Of a stretch of 64,000 nucleotides of DNA, positions 40,333 through 49,404 are shown piece after piece. Position 1 is the first letter of the stretch. Each line of letters opens with the position of its first letter. This DNA is from Nisaea sp. (lineage in GTDB: Bacteria > Pseudomonadota > Alphaproteobacteria > Thalassobaculales > Thalassobaculaceae): assembly GCF_017640745.1 (NCBI RefSeq), contig NZ_JAEPQA010000005.1, positions 25,087-89,086 of the forward strand, in the 5' to 3' direction. The position numbers were made by a program, and so were the translations under genes. The notes under the pieces were generated by a model. The model made no database searches. It was given only the letters and a program-made list of their open reading frames with translations, and had not been told where the DNA came from.

Positions 40333-41643
40333 ATGAGTGTTACCGGCGGACTTTTCGCGGGCGTGGCGTCGATCGGCGCTCAGGCCACCGCGTTCGGTAT
40401 TATCTCCGACAACATCGCCAACTCGCAGACGGTCGGCTACAAGGAAACCCAGGCGCGCTTCCAGACGCTGGTTACCCGCAGCCCCACCGCGACGGCCTTC
40501 ACCCCGGGCGGCGTGCAGACCAAGCCGATCACCGACCCGAGCCGCCAGGGCCTGCTGCAGGCGACCAGCAGCACCACCGACATGGCGGTCGACGGCAACG
40601 GCTTCTTCGTCGTGAACGAAGCGCCGGAACCGGGATCCGATGACGAATACTTCCTGACCCGTGCAGGCGCCTTCAACACTGACGAAAACGGCCGTCTGGT
40701 CAACACCGCGGGTTACTACCTGCAGGGCTGGCGCACCGACGCCACCGGCGCCATCAACAACCAGGACACGCGCGACCTGCTGAGCAGCCTTGAGACGGTC
40801 GACCTGTCCCAGTTCGGCCAGATCGCGAACGCCACGGACGATGTAACGATCAACGCCAACCTTCCGGCGGGCTCGGCAACGGGCACGACCGTGATCACGA
40901 ACATCACGATCTATGACTCGCTCGGCTTCGACTATCTGCTCGAGACGACCTGGACCAAGGCGGCCGCAGCCAACACCTGGACCTACGATTACACGCTGAT
41001 CCGCAACCCGGGCACGGTCAACGCGACCTCCATGTCGCTCGGCGGCGCCGCACGGACCATGACCTTCAATACCGATGGCAGCCTGCGAAGCGTCAACGGC
41101 ACCACCGCCGGCACGACCAACCAGTCGGCCACGGAAACGCTGACAATCACACGCGCCGAGTTCAGCCGCTCCGTTGCAACCGCCACGATCACCATCGACT
41201 GGGGTACCTATGGTCAGCCGACCGGCATGTCCCAGTTCAACGGCAATTTCGAAACCTCGCTGCTGAACCAGGACGGCTCCGGCCCCTCGGCCCTGATCGG
41301 TGTCTCGATCTCGGAAGATGGATTGGTCGCTGCGAATTTCGCCAACGGACAATCGAGAAACATCTACCGATTGCCCATAGGCACGGTACCTTCGTCGACA
41401 GAGCTTGAAACGGTGAACGGCAACGCCTACCGCGTGACCTCGACCTCCGGCGACATCGTGCTCAGCATCCCGACCAACGGCGGTACCGGCCGGATCCAGT
41501 CGGGCGCGCTGGAGAACTCGACCACGGACATCGCGACCGAGTTCACCGACCTCATCATTACGCAGCGGGCCTATTCGGCCTCGACCCGGATCATTACGAC
41601 CGGCGACGAGCTGCTGGACGAAATCATCCGCATCAAGCGGTAA
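40333..41643 (+). CDS. flgE: Flagellar hook protein FlgE
   Basis: The N-terminus includes GIISDNIANSQTVGYKETQARFQTLV. The C-terminus reads GALENSTTDIATEFTDLIITQRAYSASTRIITTGDELLDEIIRIKR. Confidence 0.94.
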   Translation: MSVTGGLFAGVASIGAQATAFGIISDNIANSQTVGYKETQARFQTLVTRSPTATAFTPGGVQTKPITDPSRQGLLQATSSTTDMAVDGNGFFVVNEAPEPGSDDEYFLTRAGAFNTDENGRLVNTAGYYLQGWRTDATGAINNQDTRDLLSSLETVDLSQFGQIANATDDVTINANLPAGSATGTTVITNITIYDSLGFDYLLETTWTKAAAANTWTYDYTLIRNPGTVNATSMSLGGAARTMTFNTDGSLRSVNGTTAGTTNQSATETLTITRAEFSRSVATATITIDWGTYGQPTGMSQFNGNFETSLLNQDGSGPSALIGVSISEDGLVAANFANGQSRNIYRLPIGTVPSSTELETVNGNAYRVTSTSGDIVLSIPTNGGTGRIQSGALENSTTDIATEFTDLIITQRAYSASTRIITTGDELLDEIIRIKR

Positions 41644-41680
41644 AGACCGCCTCCAGAGGTTTCTACCGCTGACTTTCTCG

Positions 41681-41709
41681 CCCCGGCTTTTCAGCCGGGG
41701 CTTTTTTTT
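41681..41709 (+). terminator. Rho-independent terminator after flgE
   Basis: The stem CCCCGGCT-tttc-AGCCGGGG is followed by CTTTTTTTT. Confidence 0.85.
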
Positions 41710-41802
41710 CGAAGGCTCCGAAAGAAAGATCGCATTTTAAGGATTCTTTAGGACGCAGTGCATATCTTTGATCAACCGGCATTTTGATCATGCGTTGAGA
41801 AG

Positions 41803-42117
41803 ATGACCGCAGAAAAGAACCGTAAAGAAAATAAGACATTGAAATCAACCGTAGCCCTCGAAAACGCAGAAGATCCGTTCGCGGGCCTGCCCCCGGCCAA
41901 TACCAAACGGTGGGTGGTCAGCCGCAAGGCACAGGTCGTGCGCGCGGTGGAAGATGGCGTCATCTCTCTCGAACAGGCTTGCGACCGGTACAGTCTCAGC
42001 CATGAGGAATTCTCACACTGGCGGGAACTCATCAAAGCTCATGGCACGCGCGCGCTCAGGGCCACGCGTATTCAGGATTACCGTCGCGCGTCCCGCCGCT
42101 TCAGGTCCGAGCGTTGA
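41803..42117 (+). CDS. sciP: DUF1153 / SciP-family small transcriptional regulator (CtrA antagonist type)
   Basis: 104 aa. The sequence LPPANTKRWVVSRKAQVVRAVEDGVISLEQACDRYSLSHEEFSHWRELIKAHGTRALRATRIQDYR matches my recollection of the SciP/DUF1153 pattern (..TRWV.RRKAEVV.AV..G.L.LEEAC.RY.LS.EEF..W......HG..GLR.TR.Q.YR). Confidence 0.72.
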   Translation: MTAEKNRKENKTLKSTVALENAEDPFAGLPPANTKRWVVSRKAQVVRAVEDGVISLEQACDRYSLSHEEFSHWRELIKAHGTRALRATRIQDYRRASRRFRSER

Positions 42118-43705
42118 TACTGTCCCTGATCGCCTCCAGTTCGACGGCAATCTTCCGCAGCACCTTGCTCCATTTTTCCGATTGCCGCTTGGCGAAATAG
42201 CGCACGCTCGGAAACCAGGGGCAACGGCCGTTCTTGAAATAGGTTTCGGGAACCGGAAACGGGCGGAATTCGATCGTCTCCACTCCGATGGCGCCCGCCA
42301 TCGCCGAAACCGAGGTTGCCGGACTGACCACAAGGTCCATACACCGCGTGAGCGAGGCCGCCTTCTCCAGGTCGTTCTTCAGATCGACATCGTCCCAATG
42401 GACCAGATCTATGCCGAAGGCACTCTTGGCCTTTTCGAGTTCCTCGGGCCGCGCGTCGTACTGGAGATTGACGAATGTCACGCCGTCGACCTTGAACAGC
42501 GTCTGCATGTCCTCGATCGTCGAATAATATTCGGTGCGGTACGCACCGGCGAGACCACTTCGCCAGCAAAGGCCCACATAGGGCCCCGGCCCCGCCTCGC
42601 TCAACCGCTTGCGGAACATGTCGACCAGTTCGGGATCCGGAACCAGATAACCGGAATGATCCGGAAAAGAGTCCTTGTTTCCACGGAACAGGCGCCCGAG
42701 CGTGCCGAACGGACAGGCGATATCGAAGGGCTCAATCCCCTCCTCCGCGGGCCAGTAGTGCGCGGGGACCACACGGGTCTGCGGGAAAGACCTCTGGAAG
42801 AGTGAGACCAGACGGGGGGCGCATTCCACAACCACTTCGCCGCCGCGCGCGATCGCTTCGGGGATCATGCTGGCGAACCGGATCTCGTCGCCGATCCCCT
42901 GCTCTGCGTAAAGGATAAGACGCGCTCCCTGGAAAGGATTACCGTTCCAGAGCGGCTGCGGAAACTTCCGCCACGGCACGCCGTTGTTCGTCGCGACCAT
43001 GCGCCATTCGGTATGAGGCCACGCCTCTTCCCAATTCCCCTGGCGCAGCAGGCTCTGACCGAAATTGTGGTGTGCATGGGGGTTTTCCGGTTCGAGTTCC
43101 AGCGCACGCCTGAAGTAATAATTGGCCTGCTTGAACTCACCAAGATCGCCGAGCATGGTCGCCAGATTGGTCATTGCCTCGGGAAACTCGACCCCGACTT
43201 CAAGCGCCTTGCGCAACGATACAAGCGCCTCGGTCCTTCTGCCGAGCTTGGATAGGACACTGCCCAGATTGTTGTGAATGATCCCGAAATGGCCGCGCGC
43301 CTTCAGTTCCTTTCCACCCCACTTGAGGCAGTTCCGGTACCAGGTCAGAGCTTCTTCGTAATTCTGCTCGGCCTCGTAGATCGTGCCGAGATTACTCGCG
43401 ATCATCGGATTTCGCGGCTCGACTTCCAGGGCTTTCTTCATCAGCTCGATCGCAACGGGGCGCCGTCCCATCTCTCGAGCAACGATCCCCATGCCATGCA
43501 AAGCATGCACGTCTTTCTCGTTCTCGTTCAGGACCTGCATGTATATTCTGCGCGCCTGCTCAATCTGGCCGGCTTCCAGCAAGCGGACGGCTTCGTTGTT
43601 GAGAGCGGCGTGGCGCGAACGCGACGTGTCAAATTTCATGCCCTGCACGATTGCCGGCGCCACCACCGGTACCGGGGCCTCCGATTCATTTTTCGCCATA
43701 GACAA
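42101..43705 (-). CDS. TPR + GT-B bipartite protein, FlmG-like putative flagellin glycosyltransferase, paralog 3
   Basis: 534 aa with N-terminal TPRs. The C-terminal blocks are AEQGIGDEIRF, GLCWRSG, VDLKNDLEKAASL and MDLVVSPATS. Its 3' end overlaps the sciP 3' end by 17 nt in convergent orientation. Confidence 0.65.
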   Translation of the reverse strand: MSMAKNESEAPVPVVAPAIVQGMKFDTSRSRHAALNNEAVRLLEAGQIEQARRIYMQVLNENEKDVHALHGMGIVAREMGRRPVAIELMKKALEVEPRNPMIASNLGTIYEAEQNYEEALTWYRNCLKWGGKELKARGHFGIIHNNLGSVLSKLGRRTEALVSLRKALEVGVEFPEAMTNLATMLGDLGEFKQANYYFRRALELEPENPHAHHNFGQSLLRQGNWEEAWPHTEWRMVATNNGVPWRKFPQPLWNGNPFQGARLILYAEQGIGDEIRFASMIPEAIARGGEVVVECAPRLVSLFQRSFPQTRVVPAHYWPAEEGIEPFDIACPFGTLGRLFRGNKDSFPDHSGYLVPDPELVDMFRKRLSEAGPGPYVGLCWRSGLAGAYRTEYYSTIEDMQTLFKVDGVTFVNLQYDARPEELEKAKSAFGIDLVHWDDVDLKNDLEKAASLTRCMDLVVSPATSVSAMAGAIGVETIEFRPFPVPETYFKNGRCPWFPSVRYFAKRQSEKWSKVLRKIAVELEAIRDSINART

Positions 43706-43964
43706 CGCTCCGGAGCATTCGGCGTGAGCGGTTCAACCGCCCTCGCAATGGTCTGACGTCAATTCTTCCTTAACCAATACCACAAGTATTGCCGCTAATT
43801 AATTGTTCTCTTTCGATTCACTGTCGGATATAGTCACTAGGCATTTTTTGCCGAGAGGACTCTTTCAATTTTCATAAGATATGTCTAAAATGCAATCTAA
43901 TTGTGAGAGACGCCCAGCGCAGCACCACGCCAGCAGCTGCGCGCAACAGCGAGGGTCTTAACCC

Positions 43965-45650
43965 ATGAATCCTCTCGTCGACCTGCTTCGAAATCTCGGC
44001 CCCATCCGTATCGCCGCTCTGGTCGGCACTGCGGTTGCCGTGCTGGGTTTCTTCATCTTCCTCGCCTCGCGTCTGTCGACCGGAGGGATGGCGCTGCTCT
44101 ACGGCGACCTCGATCCGGCGGATAGCGGCGCGATCGTCAAGGAGCTTGAGGCCCGCAACATCGAGTACGAGCTCAAGGCCGGCGGCCAGCAGGTCTACGT
44201 TCCCGGCGACGAAGTGCTGAAACTCCGGGTGTCCCTCGCCGAACAGGGTGTCCCTGGCGGCGGCACGATGGGCTATGAGATCTTCGACAAATCCGACGGC
44301 CTCGGCACCACCAACTTCGTTCAGAACGTCAATCTGGTACGCGCCCTCGAAGGCGAGCTCGCCCGCACCATCGGGGCGATGAACAATGTCCGCGGCGCAC
44401 GCGTCCATCTCGTGCTGCCGCAGCGCGAACTGTTCAGCCGGGAGCGCCGCAAGCCGAGCGCCTCCGTCGTCCTCCAGGTTCAGGGCGCCGGCCGCCTCGG
44501 CCGGGAACAGGTCCTTGCGATCCAGCATCTCGTGGCCGCAGCGGTTCCGGAAATGGACCCGCAGAACATTTCCATCCTCGACAGCCGGGGCCAGCTCCTC
44601 GCGCGCGGGACGTCCGAAGAAGACGGCGCGCTTCCGGGCCAGAGCTCCGAGGAAATGCGCCTCGCCTTCGAGAACCGCCTGCGCGGCTCGGTGGAGGAAC
44701 TGGTCGAGCGTATCGTCGGCCTTGGCCGTGTCCGTGCGGAAGTAAGCGCGGAGATCGATTACGACCGCTTCACGGAACAGTCCGAAATCTACGATCCGGA
44801 CAGCCAGGTCGCCCGCTCGACCCAGAGCATTTCCGAGAACGAAAGCTCCCAGGAACGGAACAAGCAGGACACGGTTTCGGTCGAGAACAACCTGCCGGAA
44901 GCCCAGGCCAATGCCGGTGCGGGTGACCTCTCCGCGCTTTCGGAATCCTCCCGCAGCGAGGAAACCGTCAACTTCGAGATCAGCCGGACCGTCCGCAACC
45001 GCGTTAAGGAAGCCGGCGAGGTCCAGAACCTGTCGGTCGCCGTCCTGGTCGACGGCCGCTACGTCGAAAACGAGGAAGGCGACAAGGTCTATCAACCTCG
45101 GACGGAGGAGGAACTGGAGCAGATCGCGACCCTCGTCCGCTCCGCGGTCGGCTATAGCGGCGAGCGCGGCGACACCGTCGAAGTCGTCAACATGCAGTTC
45201 GTCAAGCTCGAGCCGCTCGATCTCGATGACGGCTCGCTCCTGTTCGGCATCTCAAAGGACGAGTTCCTGCAGCTCGCGGAAGTGCTCGTGCTCGCTGTCG
45301 TCGGTCTGCTGGTGATCCTCTTGGTCGTCCGTCCGGTTCTGACCCGCCTCTTCGAATCCATGCCGACCACGCTGGCGGCCAGCGGCGGCGTTGGCGCGAT
45401 CGGCGGGGCCGACGCGATCGCCCAGCTTACCGGCCCGGGCGCGACCGCAGACATGGCGGAATTGCTGGAGAGCGACGACGAGGAAGAGAGCCTTCTCGAC
45501 CAGATGATCGACATCAATCAGGTCGAGGGCCGCGTCCGCGCTTCCTCGCTGAAGAAGATCGGTGAAATCGTCGAGAAGCATCCGGAAGAGGCCGTCGCGA
45601 TCATCCGCAACTGGATGTATCAGGAAGCCGGTAATGCCGGCGGCGGCTGA
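43965..45650 (+). CDS. fliF: Flagellar MS-ring protein FliF
   Basis: 561 aa with an N-terminal TM helix. Conserved blocks include GMALLYGDLDPADSGAIVKELEARNIEYEL and VRGARVHLVLPQRELFSRE. A second TM helix lies near residue 450. Confidence 0.94.
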   Translation: MNPLVDLLRNLGPIRIAALVGTAVAVLGFFIFLASRLSTGGMALLYGDLDPADSGAIVKELEARNIEYELKAGGQQVYVPGDEVLKLRVSLAEQGVPGGGTMGYEIFDKSDGLGTTNFVQNVNLVRALEGELARTIGAMNNVRGARVHLVLPQRELFSRERRKPSASVVLQVQGAGRLGREQVLAIQHLVAAAVPEMDPQNISILDSRGQLLARGTSEEDGALPGQSSEEMRLAFENRLRGSVEELVERIVGLGRVRAEVSAEIDYDRFTEQSEIYDPDSQVARSTQSISENESSQERNKQDTVSVENNLPEAQANAGAGDLSALSESSRSEETVNFEISRTVRNRVKEAGEVQNLSVAVLVDGRYVENEEGDKVYQPRTEEELEQIATLVRSAVGYSGERGDTVEVVNMQFVKLEPLDLDDGSLLFGISKDEFLQLAEVLVLAVVGLLVILLVVRPVLTRLFESMPTTLAASGGVGAIGGADAIAQLTGPGATADMAELLESDDEEESLLDQMIDINQVEGRVRASSLKKIGEIVEKHPEEAVAIIRNWMYQEAGNAGGG

Positions 45651-45696
45651 TCGGAGATAGAGGCATGAGCGGAACGGGAATGACGGATTGACGCGC

Positions 45697-46557
45697 ATGG
45701 AGAAGCAGAAATCACGCTTCCTGTTCGACGATATTTTCGACGAGGAATATCAGCAGAAGCTCCGCCGCGCTGCCGAAGCCGCGCGCCTCGCGGAGGAAGA
45801 GGCGGCGGCCAATGCCCCGCCGACATATACCCAGGAAGAAGTCGACGATGCCAAGGAGGCTTCTTACCAGCTCGGCCGGCAGGAAGGCATGTCGGCGGCG
45901 ATGTCGGGGATCGAGCAGCAGGTCGCCGTTGCGCTTGAAGGTGTGCTGGCCCAGGTCGGCAAGCTGAAGGACGCGCACCGCAAATGGACGAACGAGATGC
46001 AGCGCGACGCGGTCCGGCTCTCCGCCACCATCATGCGCAAGCTCGCTCCGGAACTGACGCGCGGCACCGAGCTGCCGCAGATCGAGCATGTCATCAACCA
46101 GGCTTTCCAGTTCCTCACCGAACAGCCGAAGGTCATGATCCGCGTTGCCACAGAGATCGAAGAACCACTGCGGGACAAGGTCCATCTGATGGCCTCCCGC
46201 GTCGGCTACGAGGGCGAAGTCGTCCTGGTCGGCGACCCGGAACTGGTGGCGACCGACTGCCGTGTCTCGTGGGCGGCCGGCGCGGTCGAGCGGTCGCTCG
46301 ACGAAACCTGGCACGAGATCGACGAGATGGTCGAGCGCACGATCTCCGCCCTGCCCGCGCGATCGGGGATCGGCTCGGACATTCCGCCATCGGAAGAACC
46401 GGAAGCTTCCGGAGTCGCGCGTGAAGCCGAGACAGAAGACACACCGGCCGAGGCCGATCCGGCCCCCGAAACCGAACCCCTTGCGAGCGAAGCGGATCCA
46501 GAGATGGACGACGCCGTCCATCCGGACGAAGCTGACGTGAGGGAAAGCCAGAGCTAG
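45697..46557 (+). CDS. fliH: FliH-like export ATPase regulator (FlbE position)
   Basis: N-terminus MEKQKSRFLFDDIFDEE. The central helical region with RDAVRLSATIMRKLAPEL and the segment VMIRVATEIEEPLRD..VVLVGDPELVATDCRVSWAAGAVE resemble FliH. It lies between fliF and fliN. The tracked ORF begins at TTG 45688. Confidence 0.62.
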   Translation: MEKQKSRFLFDDIFDEEYQQKLRRAAEAARLAEEEAAANAPPTYTQEEVDDAKEASYQLGRQEGMSAAMSGIEQQVAVALEGVLAQVGKLKDAHRKWTNEMQRDAVRLSATIMRKLAPELTRGTELPQIEHVINQAFQFLTEQPKVMIRVATEIEEPLRDKVHLMASRVGYEGEVVLVGDPELVATDCRVSWAAGAVERSLDETWHEIDEMVERTISALPARSGIGSDIPPSEEPEASGVAREAETEDTPAEADPAPETEPLASEADPEMDDAVHPDEADVRESQS

Positions 46558-46585
46558 CGCAGCATTGCCGCCAGAGGAGAGCTGA

Positions 46586-46960
46586 ATGTCCGACGAAAGC
46601 GATGTCGATTTCGAAGATCTCGACGACATGGATATGGCCGCTGCGATGGAGCAGCAGGCCGCCGAAGAACCCGAGGAAGTGGTCGCTTCCGATGCTCCCG
46701 AGCGCATCAGCGCCCGTGAACTCGAGGCGGTCTACGACATCCCCGTTCAGGTTTCCGCCGTGCTGGGCAAATCCAGCATGCAGGTCAGCCAGCTCCTGAA
46801 GCTTGGCCGCGGCGCCGTCGTCGAGCTCGACCGCAAGGTCGGCGAGGCGATCGACATTTATGTGAACAACCGGCTCGTCGCCCGCGGCGAGGTCGTCATC
46901 GTCGACGAGCGCCTCGGCGTGACGATGACGGAAATCATCAAGTCCGACCGGACCGGCTGA
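46586..46960 (+). CDS. fliN: Flagellar motor switch protein FliN
   Basis: An acidic N-terminus is followed by the SpoA domain VLGKSSMQVSQLLKLGRGAVVELDRKVGEAIDIYVNNRLVARGEVVIVDERLGVTMTEII. Confidence 0.92.
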   Translation: MSDESDVDFEDLDDMDMAAAMEQQAAEEPEEVVASDAPERISARELEAVYDIPVQVSAVLGKSSMQVSQLLKLGRGAVVELDRKVGEAIDIYVNNRLVARGEVVIVDERLGVTMTEIIKSDRTG

Positions 46961-46981
46961 CCTTGAAAGCGGACAAGTTCG

Positions 46982-47836
46982 ATGGCTGATCGCGCGACTG
47001 TAGAAGATGGCGCCCGTGCGCGTCCGGCACGCGCCCGCTCGTTCGATGTGCCGGAAAGCGGACGGACGATCGATATCGCGCTGATTTTCGGCCTTTGCGT
47101 CGCCTTTGGCCTGGTCGGTACGGCCCTGGTGCTCGGCGGCTCCGTGAGCTCTTTCTACAATCTTCCCTCGGTGCTCATCGTACTTATCGGCACCTTCGCC
47201 GTGACGCTGGTGTCCTTCAGTCTAACAGAGCTTCTGGGGGCGTTCGGCGCCGTCCTCGCGACGATCCTGCCGAAACGGTACGATCACCGGCTCGCCGGCG
47301 AGCGTTGCCTCAATCTGGCGGCGATCGCCCGCGACAATGGCGTTCTCGCGCTGGACCACGTGCTTCCTGTCATCGAGAGCGAGCCGTTCCTGCAGCGTGC
47401 GATTGCGATGACCGTCGACGGCGCCACGCCGCACCAGATCGATCAGGTTCTGGCGCAGGAGATCGATGCCGTGCAGGACCTGCGGCACCGTCACGCGGGC
47501 GTCTTGCGCCGCGCCGCCGAGGTCGCGCCCTCCATGGGCCTGATCGGCACCCTGATCGGGCTGATCCAGCTGCTCGGAAATCTCAACGATCCGAGCTCGA
47601 TCGGACCGGCCATGGCGGTCGCCCTGCTGACGACCTTTTACGGCGCCATTCTCGCCTACATGGTGCTTGCGCCGATCGCGGCGAAACTGGAGCGGAACGC
47701 GGAAGCGGAACTGCTCGAATGCGAGATCTACCATGCCTGCGCGATGTCGATCGCGCGGCAGGAAAACCCGCGCCTGCTGGAGCGGTTGCTCAATACCAAG
47801 CTGCCGCCGTCTCAGCGGCTCGACTATTACGGATAG
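46982..47836 (+). CDS. motA: Flagellar stator protein MotA
   Basis: Four TM helices. The MotA/TolQ/ExbB C-terminal pattern reads AEVAPSMGLIGTLIGLIQLLGNL..IGPAMAVALLTTFYGAILAYMVLAPIA. It is encoded ~35 kb from motB. Confidence 0.87.
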   Translation: MADRATVEDGARARPARARSFDVPESGRTIDIALIFGLCVAFGLVGTALVLGGSVSSFYNLPSVLIVLIGTFAVTLVSFSLTELLGAFGAVLATILPKRYDHRLAGERCLNLAAIARDNGVLALDHVLPVIESEPFLQRAIAMTVDGATPHQIDQVLAQEIDAVQDLRHRHAGVLRRAAEVAPSMGLIGTLIGLIQLLGNLNDPSSIGPAMAVALLTTFYGAILAYMVLAPIAAKLERNAEAELLECEIYHACAMSIARQENPRLLERLLNTKLPPSQRLDYYG

Positions 47837-47878
47837 ATGGGTGCGGCGGTTCCCGCCGCGCGAAGGGAGAATTGCCAG

Positions 47879-49351
47879 ATGCGATTGCTGATCGTCGGCA
47901 CACTGGGCGGACATATTAGCGCAGCCGGTCAGATCGCCCTGAAGAAGGGCGCCAAGGTAAGCCACATCGACAATGTCGACGGGGCCATGCATGCCTTGCG
48001 CAGCGGCCAGGGCGCGGACCTCGTGATGATCGACGTCGCGCAGCCGGTCGCCAAGCTGCTCCGTGCCATGAATCAGGAGCGGATCAACACCCCCGTCGTC
48101 GCCTGCGGCCTGGAGAACGATTCCGACGCCGCCGTCGCGGCGATCAAGGCAGGCGCAAAGGAATATATTCCCCTGCCCCCGAACGCCGAGCTGATCGCCG
48201 CCGTCCTGCAGGCGGTGACCGAAGAACAGAGCTCAGTCATCTTCAAGGATCCGATCATGGGCGCCGTGCTCAAGCTCGCCGACCAGATCGCCCCGTCGGA
48301 TGCCAGCGTGCTGATCACCGGCGAGTCCGGTACCGGTAAGGAAGTGCTCGCGCGTTATCTGCACGAGAAGAGCAAGCGCTCGGACAAACAGTTCGTTTCC
48401 GTGAACTGTGCCGCGATCCCGGACAATCTTCTTGAGTCGGAACTGTTCGGTCACGAAAAGGGCGCTTTCACCGGCGCCGTCGCGCGCCGCATCGGCAAGT
48501 TCGAGGAAGCCAACGGCGGCACCCTGCTGCTCGACGAAATCAGCGAGATGGACATCCGCCTTCAGGCCAAGCTGCTGCGAGCGATCCAGGAGCGCGAGAT
48601 CGACCGGGTCGGCGGCAACCAGCCGGTGAAGGTGGATATCCGCCTGCTCGCGACCTCGAACCGCGATCTGGAGCGGCATGTCCGCGAGGGCAATTTCCGC
48701 GAGGATCTCTATTTCCGCCTCAATGTCTTCAATCTGCAGCTTCCGCAGCTGCGGCAGCGCCCGGCCGACATCAAGCTGCTGGCCGAACATTTCGCGAAGA
48801 AATATGCCGAGGCGAACGGCATGCCCGCCCGCCCGCTCAGCGAGGATGCGGTCAAGCGCCTGCAGGGCCATCACTGGCGCGGCAACGTGCGCGAACTTGA
48901 GAACACCATGCACCGTGCCATCCTGCTCGCCTCGGGCGACGAGATCGGCGCGGAGGCCATCATCCTGACCGGCGAACAGATGGCACCGGCGGCTCCCGAA
49001 GTCCCGCCGCTGACCGCCGCGCCGGCGCCGAGGCCGGTAGAGAAACCGGCCCAGGGAGCCTTCCAGCCGGACTCGTTCGACGATGCGCCCGAACCGGCTC
49101 CCGCACCTGCGCAGCCGTCCTCTGCGACTGCGTCCGGAAGCGAACAGGGAGGCGATCTGGTCGGCCGCACCGTCGCCGACGTGGAGCGCCAGCTGATCAT
49201 CGACACCCTGACGCACTGCCTCGGCAACAGGACCCATGCCGCGAACATCCTCGGCATCTCGATCCGGACCCTGCGCAACAAGCTGAAGGCCTATTCCGAA
49301 GAGGGTGTCAGCGTCCCGCCGCCGGGCGAAGCGGACCGGGCAACGGTCTGA
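47879..49351 (+). CDS. flbD: Sigma54-dependent transcriptional activator FlbD
   Basis: Begins MRLLIVGTLGG. The sequence VVACGLENDSDAAVAAIKAGAKEYIPLPPNAELIAAVLQAV is nearly colinear with my recollection of Caulobacter FlbD. It carries Walker A GESGTGKE, the sigma54-contact loop ELFGHEKGAFTGA, and the C-terminal HTH NRTHAANILGISIRTLRNKLK. An alternative ATG at 47837 abuts the motA stop. Confidence 0.9.
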   Translation: MRLLIVGTLGGHISAAGQIALKKGAKVSHIDNVDGAMHALRSGQGADLVMIDVAQPVAKLLRAMNQERINTPVVACGLENDSDAAVAAIKAGAKEYIPLPPNAELIAAVLQAVTEEQSSVIFKDPIMGAVLKLADQIAPSDASVLITGESGTGKEVLARYLHEKSKRSDKQFVSVNCAAIPDNLLESELFGHEKGAFTGAVARRIGKFEEANGGTLLLDEISEMDIRLQAKLLRAIQEREIDRVGGNQPVKVDIRLLATSNRDLERHVREGNFREDLYFRLNVFNLQLPQLRQRPADIKLLAEHFAKKYAEANGMPARPLSEDAVKRLQGHHWRGNVRELENTMHRAILLASGDEIGAEAIILTGEQMAPAAPEVPPLTAAPAPRPVEKPAQGAFQPDSFDDAPEPAPAPAQPSSATASGSEQGGDLVGRTVADVERQLIIDTLTHCLGNRTHAANILGISIRTLRNKLKAYSEEGVSVPPPGEADRATV

Positions 49352-49404
49352 ACGGCGCCGGAGCGGACCCGAGCCATGAAACGCGCGATCATGAGAGCCT
49401 CTGA

